A DNA stretch of 64,000 nt from Octopus vulgaris (GCA_951406725.2 OX597822.1:54250001-54314000); one strand, 5' to 3'; numbered from the stretch's first letter, positions 1-13,918 are shown. Notes: generated from the sequence alone by a model not told the origin. Made by a program: numbers and translations.

Positions 1-366
1 ACTGTGGCCATGCTGGAGCACCACCGTTAGTTGAGCAAATCGACCTCAGCACTTATTCTTTGTAAGCCTAGTACTTATTCTATCGGTCCCTTTTGCCCAA
101 CTGCTAAGTTACAGAAACGTAAACACACCAGAATCGGTTGTCAAGCGATGTTGGGGGGGAGGACAAACATATACACATACACATACATATATGCATATAT
201 ATATACATATATACGACGGGCCTCTTTCTGTTTCTGTCTACCAAATCCACTCACAAGGCTTTGGTTGGCCTGAGACTATAGTAGAAGACACTTGCCCAAG
301 GTGCCATGCAGTGGTACTGAACCCAAAACCATGTGATTCGTAAGCAAGCTACTTACCACACAGCCA
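1..366 (-). mobile_element. SINE family A (tRNA-derived head, internal TA/TG microsatellite, CCAGCATGGCC tail), truncated by the window edge
   Basis: Reverse complement of the copies at 6065 and 25952. Confidence 0.9.
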
Positions 367-824
367 AAAATATTTTTTGCTCCCTTTTTTCTGAAATAGT
401 TGCTTTAACAGATGGTTCATTATCCTGTTGTTAACTATTCAACTATAAACTAGGTCAGTGTTTACAATGCAATATTTATAGTAAAACTAGCAGAGAGACC
501 CTTTTATAGTAAAACTAGCAGAGAGACCCCATTTATAGTAAAACTAGCAGAGAAATGGCATAGTTTTTTTTCATAGTTTTACATGTTTCAGTCATGTGAC
601 TGTGGCCATGGTGGAGCAAAATACTTCATGGTATTTCTCCATTTTTGTTCTGATATCAAATTCCACTGAGGTTGATGTTGCCTTTCAATCTTTTGGGATT
701 GATAAAATAAGTACCAGTTGAACACTGGGATCAATGTAATTGACTTACCCCTCCCCTGAAATTTCTACCCTTGTTCCAAAATTTAAAATTAATAATTACT
801 TATAGTTTTTTGCATAGTCAGTCA

Positions 825-872
<48 letters not shown>

Positions 873-1048
873 ATATAGATACACATGTATATACAGAATA
901 TATATAAATTAAAGAAAAAAACTATTATGTAATTCAAACAATGATAGACATAAACCATATGATATAGAAAAAATAAAATATATTATAAAGCATATAGATC
1001 ACAAAATGTACAAAAAATGAATAAACTTACTTATATAATAAGTAAAAA

Positions 1049-1150
1049 GACTACATATGTTTCGTGGCTATAACTTCAATTTGAATTACAATTAAATTTA
1101 AATTCAATCCAAAAACAATTCAATTTAAAAATATAGTCACTCCTCAGGTC
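1049..1150 (-). ncRNA. Minimal type-I hammerhead ribozyme motif (Penelope-type)
   Basis: Minus strand reads GAC CTGAGGA GTGACTATA..TATAGCCAC GAAAC ATAT GTA GTC: complete core, 9-bp stem II with 1 mismatch, palindromic stem III, 3-bp stem I. Confidence 0.65.
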
Positions 1151-2057
1151 AACAATAATAACAATAATAGTTAAATAACTACAGATTTTTAATAAATAAT
1201 CAAATAGAATTAAACAATATTTCTTAAAGAAATAAAAATATGATCCTTAGGTTTTTAACATGATAAATGTATTATAGACACCTGGTCCTACTTTTTAAGT
1301 TTCAAATTTAGTTAACGGAGTTTCTTCTATAAGAAGAATCATGTTTTTATTTCTTTAAGAAACATTGTTTAATTCTATTTGATTATTTATTAAAACTCTA
1401 TTAAAAATAAATTATTGGAAGGTCTTACTTTATATTACTTTATATTAAATGATAAATATATTGAAATAAGTAACAAGGATGTACAGGTGTCAATTCATTA
1501 TGGCTGTTTCAAACGACTCCTTCAATTAATTAATGAACACACTATATTATTGCAAAAGAAACCGTTTTCATGAGATGACTGCATAGACTTCAAATGCAAA
1601 GAACAAACCAACTGCTTTAACATATTTGCATCACCAATGGAGTTCAAAATATTTACACTGATCCTGTTGCTATTTCTTTGACATAATGAGTTTAGGAAAA
1701 TGTCTGCATGGTGTTGAACCTACTAGAATTGAAGTTAGAAGAGGTTATAGTTGGGGGAGGAATAATTGAGAGTAGTGACCTAATTATCTACTCTTCAAAA
1801 GACAATGGGGGAATTTAGTTTTCAATCATCCAAAATGAAATGTTTTGATAGTTAACTACCCATGAGAGAAGAAGAACAAGAAAGATATGAGAAGTAGTAG
1901 TGAATTAGACTTCTGTATTTTGGGAGTTTCACAGATGAAGAATGATGTGAATGAAGATAATTATCATCATCATCATCATCATCTACATTAACTTTCATTT
2001 AGAAATCTCTATGTTGCTTCCTTCTATGTTTTGTTTCCTTTTTTTTTATGTTTCTAG

Positions 2058-2201
2058 TGTGTTTATGAAGTGATTGAAGATTTGTACATGTTGCTGCCAT
2101 TTGCCAAAGCTGGTAATGGTGGAATATTACATCCAGTTAAATCAGCATTTGTCCATTCTGCCAACCAACTCTTCAGCAATATCCATGGCCATTATCTTGC
2201 A
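2058..2201 (+). CDS. KIAA0825: KIAA0825-like exon ([19 protein letters not shown]...HYLA), phase 0-0
   Basis: tttctag|TGT ... GCA|gtgagt, 144 nt, open. Confidence 0.85.
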
Positions 2202-5200
2202 GTGAGTTATCCCGTTTTGATTTTTCTTTTCTCTGTTATTGGATATTTCAGATCAGTGCTTCTCAACCATTTTTTTTTTGCCCCTATGGACCCTTTTGAT
2301 TTTTATTTTACTCTATTGGACCCTAATAAACATTTTATGTTTAAAAAAGTCCCATTATATTTTTATAATTAAATGCTATTAGGAATCGTATAAAACAATT
2401 GTCAAAATATTTTCATCTTGTAGAAGTATAACTAATTTATACTGTTCATAAATTTTAACAGAAAAATCTTACAATGACCCCTAAGAGCTATGTGGACCCT
2501 AGTTGAGAACCACTATTTTAGATAATCATTTCTTTGAAGGGTTCTATTTCAGGTCTCACCAACATCAAGAATTCATTAGGGTGGTGGCTAATGTTTTTGT
2601 GGAGCTTTACTTTTGATTGTATGTGTTTGAAAACATCTATATATACATGTGTATAAGTGAATATGATTATGTATGTACATGCATATGTATTTGTATATGT
2701 GAAGCCACATGGCTCAGTGTTTAGCACGTTGGGCTCACAATAATGAGGTAGTGAGTTTGATTTCTGGACTCGGCTGTGTGCTGTGTTCTTGAGCAAAACA
2801 CTTTATTTCAGCTGTAGAAATGAATTGAGATGTCACTGGTGCCAAGCTGTATTGGCCTTTGCCTTTCCCTTGGATAACATTGGTGGTATGAAGAGGTGAG
2901 GCTGGTATGCATGGGCGACTGCTGGCCTTCCATAAACAACCTTGCCCAGATTTGTGCCTTGGAGCGTAACTTTCTAGGTGAAATCCCATGGTCATTCATG
3001 ACCAAAGGAGGTCTTTACCCTTTTATATATGTATATATGAGGTCTGATCAAAAAGTATTGGGGCTGTTGTTATGGTAACTGTTGCCATTTCTTCATACAT
3101 CTGCATGGATGGAGGGTTTAATTCCAATTGAATTTTAGTATGTCTTGGATACTGTTCTAAAAATAGCTAGAGGTTGATTTTCAATTCCTCTGGACAGTGG
3201 ACAGTTATAGTTCAGAGGAACTAGGTCTAAGGGTCTGTTGTGTCATTTCGTCTCTCTTTATTTGCAGATCAGTCAAGATATACCTAAGAAAGCTGCAGCC
3301 AAGTTTTTGTTAGTGACTCTCTCAAGTTGTGTCTATGTTCGAGATCATCTTAACATTTTCAATGAGGTGCTAGGAGAAGAAGAAGGGTAAAATTTCTTGT
3401 TTTTTAGTGTTCCATTTTATTTTTAAAACCCGAAACCATGTGGTTAGGAAGCAAACTTCTTAACTACACATGAATCGGCTTAATTGGCAACTCTTTCCCA
3501 CCAAATTTGAATCCTTGTTCCACTTTAATGAAATCCTTACCATTTCTGTATTTTGTTGTGATTATCAGGAAGAAACCATTCGCCACCCGACACGAACAGT
3601 TTGTTGAAGTTGTTGATATCTTGCTGGAGAAGATTAGCCATGTCCACACTATTCTCTTATCGAACATTCTCTATGATGCTGAGAGTTATCACTGGGCTGA
3701 GGAGAAGGAATTTTATGAGGTATCTTAATTGTTATACATCTTTCTTTTTTTTTTTGTTGTTTATATTTTCTTCATTATTTATGGTGTGTTTTCCTCCTTA
3801 TTTATGACGTCTTCTGTATTTATATTTTTCTTTGTTTATGGTATATTTATTCATTGCTTGTAACACAGTTTCTTCATTATTTACGATATATCTTCTTTGT
3901 GTTATTGGTAACTAGTTAATTAGTAATTAGTGAACAGAAACTGATGGAACAACAAATTAAACCTGCCTGACTATCTAATTTTGCCCCTCAACATTCACAG
4001 TTCAAAATCTTGCTGGGATTTGTTTTTTGCCCTGCTCAAATACCCACTCCTAATTCACTGGAATCTATATAATTTGAAGCAAACAGCTTAACTTTTTAGC
4101 ATTCAAACAGGCCATAACCAGCCAAAATATTCTGCCTGTTTTTATTCACAAACTGGCCAGATCCAGTCTCTCACATCTGCTCTACAATATCATTCTAAAA
4201 ATAAATTTCATCATTGCTATTTCAAGTCTACATGATAGTGCATGATTTAATTCAAATCAATGTGCATAATTAAGCATTAAGCATTAAGCATGACACACTC
4301 ACACATGTACACGAGTTAAGAAAAATAACTAAGAGTTGACAGCTGCATGTATTTGAACAACTAAAACTAATACAGGTATGTCAGATACCATACAACATAA
4401 ATTCTTGGTTTATTAAAGTCAGCTCTGTCTTTATCCCTTTAGTATTTAAACAGGCCGTATCCAGCTCAGATATACAAAATGTTCAAAATGGCCAAATGTG
4501 GCTACTTACATTTGCCCTGGAATGTCATTCTAAAAGTAAACAATTGGATAATCAAAATCTTCAATCTATGAGATAATGCAGGATTTAAATCAAAACAATG
4601 TGAATTACATTTGACAGAGTAATCTGAATACTACAGAGATGGAGGATGTGTCACAATTATGAAATAGTAGTTGAGACCAGCCTCATATGTGAAGGGGAGA
4701 TAATCTCAGAATCAAGAATTTTCCTTTCTTCTCTTGAGCTGGTTTCAGTTGTCTGTTGGTAATTGTGACACATTTAGAGATGAAGATAATTTTAATAAAT
4801 CAGGAATGTATGTTGCATGGTATTTTATACACCTATATCTGATTTATATATACATATATTGTTATACATGGGATTGGTCATCTTTTGCCAATTAAAACCT
4901 CATCCCCAAGTATAATATGTTTCAACATGCATTTCACATCAAGAATCTTGTGGAACAAATACATAAATGCGCGCGTGCGTGTGTGTGAGTGATAGATGGG
5001 TTTCCATACAGTTTCCATTGGTTAGCCTAAGGCTACAACAGAAAACATTTGTCTAAAGTGCCATGCAGTGAATTAGAACTCATGACCATGTGATAATCAT
5101 GCAAACTCTATGGAGAAAGTGAAAAAAAGGTTTTATGAATTAAAATTACCTCATAATGATGGGTAAAAATAAAGCAAAACTCTTGATTAATTTAGGACCA

Positions 5201-6252
5201 GAAATACAAGGGAGATAACTACAACTCTGAAATTGGTTAAAAATTGAATATGGCTGTGTTGTAGGGAGTCTGTCTAAGTTCATAGGATGGTAGTAAAAGG
5301 ATGAATGGATTGTTAAGGCCATGGTGTGAAAACTGCTTTCCTGGTTTCATCTCAATGTAGTTGATTCCAAAAGAGATTGGGATGTAGGAAGAGAGAGTGG
5401 GGAAACAGTCTTAGTACTTGAGTGGAAAGTGAGTGTGGCCTTTGTATAGTGACATGTTTCAGTGTTATTAGACCTCCTCATTCTTGCATTGAATAATTAA
5501 TTCGAATTGATTAAAATTTTACCATCTACCAAGTACACTCAAAAGGCTAAAAGTTATAACAGAAGACACTCACCTAGGGTTCCACCAATAGGACAGCATC
5601 CGGAACCATGTGGTTGGGATGCAAGCTTCTCACCACACAGCCATGCCATGTATAGGCTAATTGTTTTGGTGTCATCGTAGTTGCAAGCAGACATAGACTC
5701 TCACCTTTGACCAAGTTGAAACTGAAAATGTGACAGCCAGAGACAAAGAGGGCTACTCCAGCATTTGACTAGTACTCATTTTCAGCTGAGTAAACTGAAA
5801 CGACATGAAATGATGTGCCTTACTCAAGGACATGTACTTCCTGGTCCAACCTTATGATCATGTATCCAACACCCAAACCACTTGGCCATGTGCCTTCATG
5901 TATACAATTTATACATAAAATTCACAATGTAATTATAAATAGCAGGTGTATATAATAATAATAATAATAATGAAATTATTGTATACAGTGCTCAGGTGCA
6001 CCACAACTTGTCAGAAAGTGCATATAAAGTACATGCAGTAATGTAAAAATGTCTGGAAAGCAAAAGGAGTGGCTGAGGGGTAAGTAGCTTGCTTACCAAC
6101 TACATGGTTCCGAGTTCAGTCTCACTGCATGGCACCTTGGGCAAGTGTCTTCTACTATAGCCTCGGGCTGACCAAAGCCTTGTAAGTGGATTTGATAGAT
6201 GGAAACTGAAAGAAGCCCGTAGTATATATATATATATATGTATGTAGGTATG

Positions 6253-6299
<47 letters not shown>

Positions 6300-7187
6300 A
6301 TGTGTATGTTTGTGTGTCTGTGTTTGTCCCCCCCAACATCGCTTGACAACCGATGCTGGTGTGTTTGCGTCCCTGTAACTTAGCGCTTCGGCAAAGAGAC
6401 CGATAGAATAAGCACTAGGCTTACAAAGAATAAGTCTTGGTGTCAATTTGCTCGACTAAAGGCGGTGCTCCAGCATGGCCACAGTCAAACGGCTGAAACA
6501 AGTAAATGAGAGCAAAAGCTGAATAGTTCGGTCAGTATTAACTGTTTTTGTATTCATCACAGGGAAATATGCAATTAACAGCTTAACGATAATCAACATT
6601 TTAACATCATTAGGAAGTATTTTATAGAGTTGGTAATATTATGTTGGGACTTTCAAACATGTTGAAACCAGTTGGGGTTGGGACTTTGTTCTTTTATCTC
6701 TTTGAAATTGAATGTATAAGTGCTTTTACTCCTCTTGGAGACCAGTTCATGCAACTATATCTAAAATTGGTTTCGTACCTCATTGATAGAAATCTATATT
6801 TGTTTCATATACAACTGTTTTATTATTATTATTATTTTGTATTTATTTCCCTGCTCAACTTTGTTATTATCCATTTTTTTTTTTTTCACCTTTGAAACCT
6901 TGTTCCTTTTCTCTGAAATTTTACCAAAGCTGATGTTTTTCATTCCTTATTTGTATGGTGCAATTTTCGTTTACCAGCGAGAGAATGTCACAAGGATAAC
7001 TTTGGAAGAATTCTTAATAAGGTTCGCCTGATGAGAAAAGAAAAATTTAAAAAAAACAAACAAAAAGCCAAAAAAAAAACAAACATGGTATGTTGCTGAG
7101 CACAAGTCACCCAGCCAAAACCTGATAGAGAATAGAAAAGTACCCTCCCTTCTTCCTTTCTTTCCTCTGTGTATGTGTGTATGTGTG

Positions 7188-7232
<45 letters not shown>

Positions 7233-7268
7233 TGTTTATATTTATATATATATGTTTATATATATATT

Positions 7269-7299
<31 letters not shown>

Positions 7300-8595
7300 A
7301 TATATATATATTTATTTATATATGTTTATATATATTTATTTATATATGTTTATATATATTTATTTATATATGTTTATATATATTTATTTATATATGTTTA
7401 TATATATTTATTTATATATGTTTATATATATTTATATGTGTTTATATATATTTATATGTGTTTATATATATTTATATATATATATATATGGATGGATTTA
7501 CCTTTTCTGTGAAGCTAACAAGCTTTTTTAAAACCTTTTATAAAACTGTGCATCATTAGAGAACTTTGGAAGTCTGCTTACAATCTAAATTTGCTTTTTA
7601 TAGAACTCTCTTCGATACTTCATGAGTGTAGCCTCACCCCCTAGGATGTTTGGAAAACTCATATGTGTTTTGGCTGATGAGTATGGGACACTTGTATTTG
7701 CTGCAATATTTGCAGCTTTTAAAAAAGCTGTTCTTCGTATGAAACAATTGTACTGAAAAACTAATCCATTCTCGTTGCTTTTTTCTTGTTTATAATCACC
7801 CCACATTATTTTATGGTTAATACCATATAGATTTCTGGTGCATCTAAGTTAAGTACCGCATTCATGTGAATTCATTGGAACTGACTTGAATCTTAATTGC
7901 TTTTACTGAAAGTATATATATGTTTATATATATTTATATATATGTTTATATATACTTATTTATATATGTTTATATATATTTATATATATTTATGTATATT
8001 TATATTTGGCCAAATGCATTTTTTACAATATTTATTTCTGCTTCAGATGCCAAGATACCAAAAATTGTCAAAGTGTAGTACAAAAGTTTTGCTTTGGAAA
8101 GGCAAAGCTATTTTTAGTTTTCTGAAATAGGAATGTTTTGGACTTACAACACTTTTGCATAATAACAACGATTTATATTTATATATATCATCGTGATCAC
8201 CGTGACCGACCAAGGTATCAGATGTTGCTACACATCGCTGGTCACAATGCACTTCGCATTGTTTTAGCCTTCAAATGATGTCACCCCGCTGGCTAAGCGA
8301 GCAGACCAACAGAAGAAAGAGTGAGAGAAAGTTGTGGCGAAAGAGTACAACAGTGATCACCATCACCCCCCGCTCAATAATCACTCACAAGGCCCGGTCT
8401 GGGAAGCAAAACCGCGATCCTACAACCGCGTGTCCGCTGCCCTAACCACTGGGCCATTGCGCCTCCACATTTATGTATATATATATATATACAACTTATA
8501 AATAAGTTGTTTATAAATTTAACCTTTAAAGGTATTTTTTAATATGCTGGCCATTGATAAAATTTTTTTTCGAAAAAATTATATCCTACATTAGT

Positions 8596-8627
<32 letters not shown>

Positions 8628-9359
8628 TAGATAGATATACAGACAGACACACTGATACGGTTACCTTTCCCCCTTAACACATCTTCCTAACACCCATCCC
8701 TCCATCATTCTCCTCACTACAACACTCGTGTTCTGTAATTATATAACCTCTTTATGTGATCTCAGCTATCCTTTTTGTTTGAATCAGTTTCTTTTGTCAC
8801 CAATCCTGCATTCCCAGTAGCATTCCAGACTCCCTCTCTCAGTACTCAATTGAGGTGATTGTGTTGCAAGTTACTTGGTGTTGGCACCAGCGGTGGTGCT
8901 GTGAAGAAGGGAGAAAAAAAAAATGCACTTAGTACACTCTGTAAAACGGTTGGCATTAGGAAGGGTGTCAAATCATAGAAACCATGCCAGAACAGACATT
9001 GGGGTCTCAGTGAAGCCTTGTGACTTGTCACATCTTGTATCCAATCCATCCCAGAATAGAAAATGGATATTAATGTATGATGATGATGTATATATATATA
9101 TATATACATCATGTATATAGTATATATAGTCCACAGATGAGAGCTAGAGATTCTCTGTATAGACAACACTTAGTAGTGCTCAAAAGCTTCAAACTTAGCC
9201 CCTGATGTGTTTGCAGGGGATCAATTCCACAAGGTAAAGAAAGACTATAAGAGGGATCAAGTTGAGCGGGTATAGATGCAATTATGCAGATAAACAAATT
9301 GGACTCATTAAATGTATTACATATATATTATTTATAATAGTTTGGGTATGAAATTCAAA

Positions 9360-9392
<33 letters not shown>

Positions 9393-12300
9393 CAAACAAA
9401 ATGAGAAATAGCAAAAGGTGGAGACTTTCAGATGATGAATTTTTAAGTACAAATATTTAGATATTTATATTAATAAGTTCAGCTTACACAGAGTACAAAC
9501 GACTTTAATTTTCTGTCTTTGTACTCTGTGTATTTAATGTATCTAATTTGTTTATCCACATAATTGGCTAGATAATATGTATCAATATTTAGTAGAAATA
9601 ACAGAGTGGCTCAAAGTCTGAGAGTTTCATGCATTGGTTGCCAACTTTGCCTTGCTTCTCATCCTTTTGGGGTCAATAAAATAAGTGCCAATTGAACACT
9701 GGGGTCAAGCAATTGACTTAATTTTCCCCTGAAAGTCCTGGTCATGTACCAAAATTTGAAATTATTATTATTATTATTATTATTATTATTTTTTTTTTTT
9801 CCTTTTTTTTTTTTTTTAAGATGGCAACCTAGCAGAACTGTTAGCATGCCAGGCAAGATATTTAGCAGCATTTCATCTGTCTTTACATTCTGAGTTCAAA
9901 TGCTGCTGGGATCGCCTTTGCCTTTCAGCCTTTTGGGGTCAATAAAATAAGTATCAGTTCAGTGCTGTGGTCAATGTAATCAACTATCCCCTTCCTGCAA
10001 AACTTTTTAGTTTTGGCTTTGCATTCTGAATTAAAATTCTGCTGGGGTCAACTTTGCCTTTCATCCCTTTGGGGTTATTATTATTATTATTATTATTATT
10101 GAGTGAGAGAGCAGTTCATGCCATCAAAGTGACACTGGGGTAAAATATACGAAGCCCAATATACCCATCATGACTACCCGTCTGATAAGGGTACACCAGG
10201 CACATGCATCACAGCCATATGTGTGCGACATGGTGATCTCATATCAAGATAAACAGCACATGACCTTGCAGGTGGGACCCAGTTAGAATTTTCTTCAGGT
10301 TGAGTAGCCCATCCCGCTCAAAAGGTCCCTGAATAAGGGTTGTTTAAGGATGTTGAAAGATCCACCCATGTTTCCAGAGGTGAATTATTCAAACCCCAAA
10401 GAATCCCTCTCAACACATGGCTATGATGCTCCCCCACTACTTCTGCTTGTGATCAGAGATGCACATATCGTTAGCCACTAAAGGACATGCTCAACTGGTT
10501 AAGGTCAAACAACTGACAAGCAAATCTGTGGTATTGAGCAGAATATTTGCTGTAGCCCATCTTTTGTACCAAGACAAAACAATGTACATGATAACACTTC
10601 CAATCAGTTAAGATCAGAAGCCATGAGAGCCACTGCCTGGTACTGCATCAGGGCATTTATTATTATTATTATTATTGTTATTGTTGTTGTTGTTATTATT
10701 TGATTCTCCTATGTTCTGATTCTTGTACTATGTACTTTTCACTTTGGCCTTTAAGATTTTCTTCCTGAATTAAATAATGTCTCTCGTTTCTTTTCCACAG
10801 AATGAAAGGTGTTCCTTCCCCATTCAGATGTGGCACCAACACTTGACTGGTGTCCGGACTGACATTTGGTCTATATGTCCTCCAAATTTAGCTCAAAGTC
10901 TTTTTACCAATATTCTCTATGAATCTCTGGCAATGCTCACAAGAAGATATACACGTATAAAACCAAGTTTTCGACGTGTCATTCAATTCAGGTATAAGTT
11001 TCATCATTATTGATAAATGATTTAGCAGTTGTAGTCATTTAACTTAAAGGTGATTGTGATCAAATAGACCTGAGATCAAAGACATTCTGCAACCATCTAG
11101 GGCCACATGATATAATGAATTGAGGGAAAATTGGTTGCCATTTCTTGCAAGTTAAACAACGGCATAGAAATACCATTGTTGGCTCAGATCTTATTTCAGT
11201 AGGGTACTTATTATAACGATCTCTATTTGTTGCACTGCTAAGTTACATCTTAAAAAGACAAGCAAACCTCTGCATAATGTCGTTATATATGTATATATGC
11301 TGTGCTTTTGTATAGTTTCAGTCTACCAAAGACTAGTTATGACTTGTCAGAATTTGATGGTTCATCAGCTATAAACCCGTTACAAAATATAAATTGTTTA
11401 GCATGTAATGTATTGGCAGAATCTTTAGGACATTGGATAAAATGCCTTGCAGTTTCTGTTCCAGTTCTTACGTTCTAAGTTCAAATTCTGCTTATGTCAA
11501 CTTTGCCCATCAAACTTCTAGAGATAGACCCCCCCCCCATTTTTAATCATATTCCAGGGGAGATAATTTTATCGCCCATGGTGTCAAAATAATTATCTCC
11601 CCTACCTCAAAGTTACTGGTTTTCTGTTAGAGAGAGATGATATATGTGGCTGCAAGTTCTTGTCATTGCCAAGGTTCAAGAAGGCCAAAATTCATCTGTC
11701 TTACTCGCAGCCACCGCCGCGATGAAATTTCATCTGTAAGAGATCTCGGGCAAAACTGCAGTTTCTTGTCTTTTAGTGGTGTACATACATTTTGTATGAT
11801 ACATAGATACTACTTCAGTTGTGTACACTGGATTTATGTTTCTCATTTTATGTATTGTGTGTAATAGTTTGACTCCTGAAACTTTGTGTAATTTATAGAA
11901 AGTTTAATTGAAAATAATTGTTATTATTTCTTTCTAATTATTTTAGAATGGATATCATTACAATATTACTTTGCATGTTTGACCAAATGATGTACGTTTG
12001 TGACTCAAGTGTCAAGCTCCTGGAACCTGGCTATAATCAACAACCTCACTATAGCATACACAACCTTTGTTCAATCCTCTTATCTGTTCTTGCTGTTGTT
12101 ACTTCTCCTGTTGATCTCCTATATAAGTAAGTATTCTATTTTATCATTTGATTAAAAAAATAACAATAATGAAATTATTGTATACAGTGCTCAGGTGCAC
12201 CACAATTTGTCAAAAGTGCATATAAAGCATATGCAGTAATGTACAAAATGTCTGTAAAGTGAACAGTGTATGAGTCAGATACATGCTTGCGTGTGTATGG

Positions 12301-13385
12301 AGGGGAGAAAATCAGGTGTAGTGTTGGCGAATCTCAGGAAGCATGGAAGTTTTGAAGGATACAGTGCTCCGACAACTAACAACTGATACCGGCAGTTTGT
12401 TCCATGCTTCAGCAACTCTTAGCATGAAAAAATATTTCTGAAAGTCATTAGAGCTGTGCTGTTTTCTGACTTTGTAAACATGTCCATGGGTGTTAGATAG
12501 GTGGAGTTTGAAAAGGTGCTCAGAGTTATTGTTTGTAAGATGGTTAATAATTTTATGGGTGTCTGCCAAGTCAGCTGCCTGACATCGGAGTTTCAATGTA
12601 TCCATGCCCAGGGAAGTAAGGCGTTAAAGGTGACAACTTAACAGAATTGTTACTGCATGGACAAAATGCTTAGTGGCATTTCTTTCAATTCTTCACATTC
12701 TATGTTCAGATAATGCTGAGGTCAACTTTGCCTGTCATCCTTTTTGGCAGTGATAAAATAAAATATCAGTCAAGTATTGGGGTCAGTGTAATCTACTCTC
12801 CCCTTCCTTTGAAATTGCTAGCCTTGTGTCAAAATTAGAAGGTATTAATATTATTTTTATTATTGTTGTACATTTATTTCACTTAGAGCTTTTGATTCCT
12901 CTTGCTCTGGCTAATTCTATAAGAGCAGACAACAACCTGTTGTCAAGGGTCTCACAGGCTCTTCTTCTTTGATACTTAACGTCCAAGTGCCAGTCTCAAA
13001 ACCCTTGCTAGCCCCAATAAAGCAGTTTTATAAGCATATTCTACCCTCATGTTCCCAGTGGCCCTATGACTACTGGGATGACAGTTACTTTCTTCATTGC
13101 CCACATTTGTGCATTCTCATCCTTTAGTGGCTTGTACTTCTCAATCTTTTCCAGTTCTTTATCATCCACCTGTACATCTCCATGTATGGCAATACTCTTT
13201 ACTCTTTAACTTGTTCCAGTCATTTGACTGTGGCCATGCTGGAGCACCGCCTTTAGTCGAGCAAATCGACCCCAGGACTTATTCTTTGTAAGCCTAGTGC
13301 TTATTCTATCAGTCTCTTTTGCCGAACTGCTAAGTTACGGGGACGCAAACACACGAGCATTGGTTGTCAAGTGATGTTGGGGTGA

Positions 13386-13423
<38 letters not shown>

Positions 13424-13636
13424 ACACATATATACGACGGGCTTCTTTCAGTTTCCGTCTACAAATCCACTCACAAGGTTTTGGTCTGCCCGAGGCTATA
13501 GTAGAAGACACTTGCCCAAGGTGCCATGTAGAGGGACTGGACCCGGAACCGTGTGGTTGGTAAGCAAGCTACTTACCACACAGCCACTCTTGCGCCTATG
13601 ATCTTGGTTTCATTAATTACTTCTCCAACATTCTTA

Positions 13637-13671
<35 letters not shown>

Positions 13672-13877
13672 GAAGACATCACATAGTATCCAGTATTGTG
13701 ATCTTGTAGATTGAAGATATCATGTGTTCCAGGGATTTGTACTATCTGTCAAGTCACAGCAAACACCACAGACAGACAATATTGTATGCAGTATGTGTGC
13801 AGTTTCAAGTAGAGCCAATTTTCACAGTACACCAAGATTGTAGGGTATTTCTAAAGTGTCCAGATGTTTCGTTTTTG

Positions 13878-13918
<41 letters not shown>

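Noticed and set aside
31-273. Recurrent ORFs ending [21 protein letters not shown]
   Set aside because: Antisense translations of SINE family A, not a protein family.
7169-7559. Long [16 protein letters not shown] ORFs (also ~15234, 38790, 54424, 60061-60955)
   Set aside because: Translations of (TA)n, (TG)n and (TATG)n microsatellites.
9217-9233. Plus-strand 17-nt micro-exon with good splice sites (also 11711-11735, 25 nt)
   Set aside because: Frame-disrupting and not needed, because the flanking exons already join in phase across conserved motifs. A poison exon cannot be excluded without RNA data.
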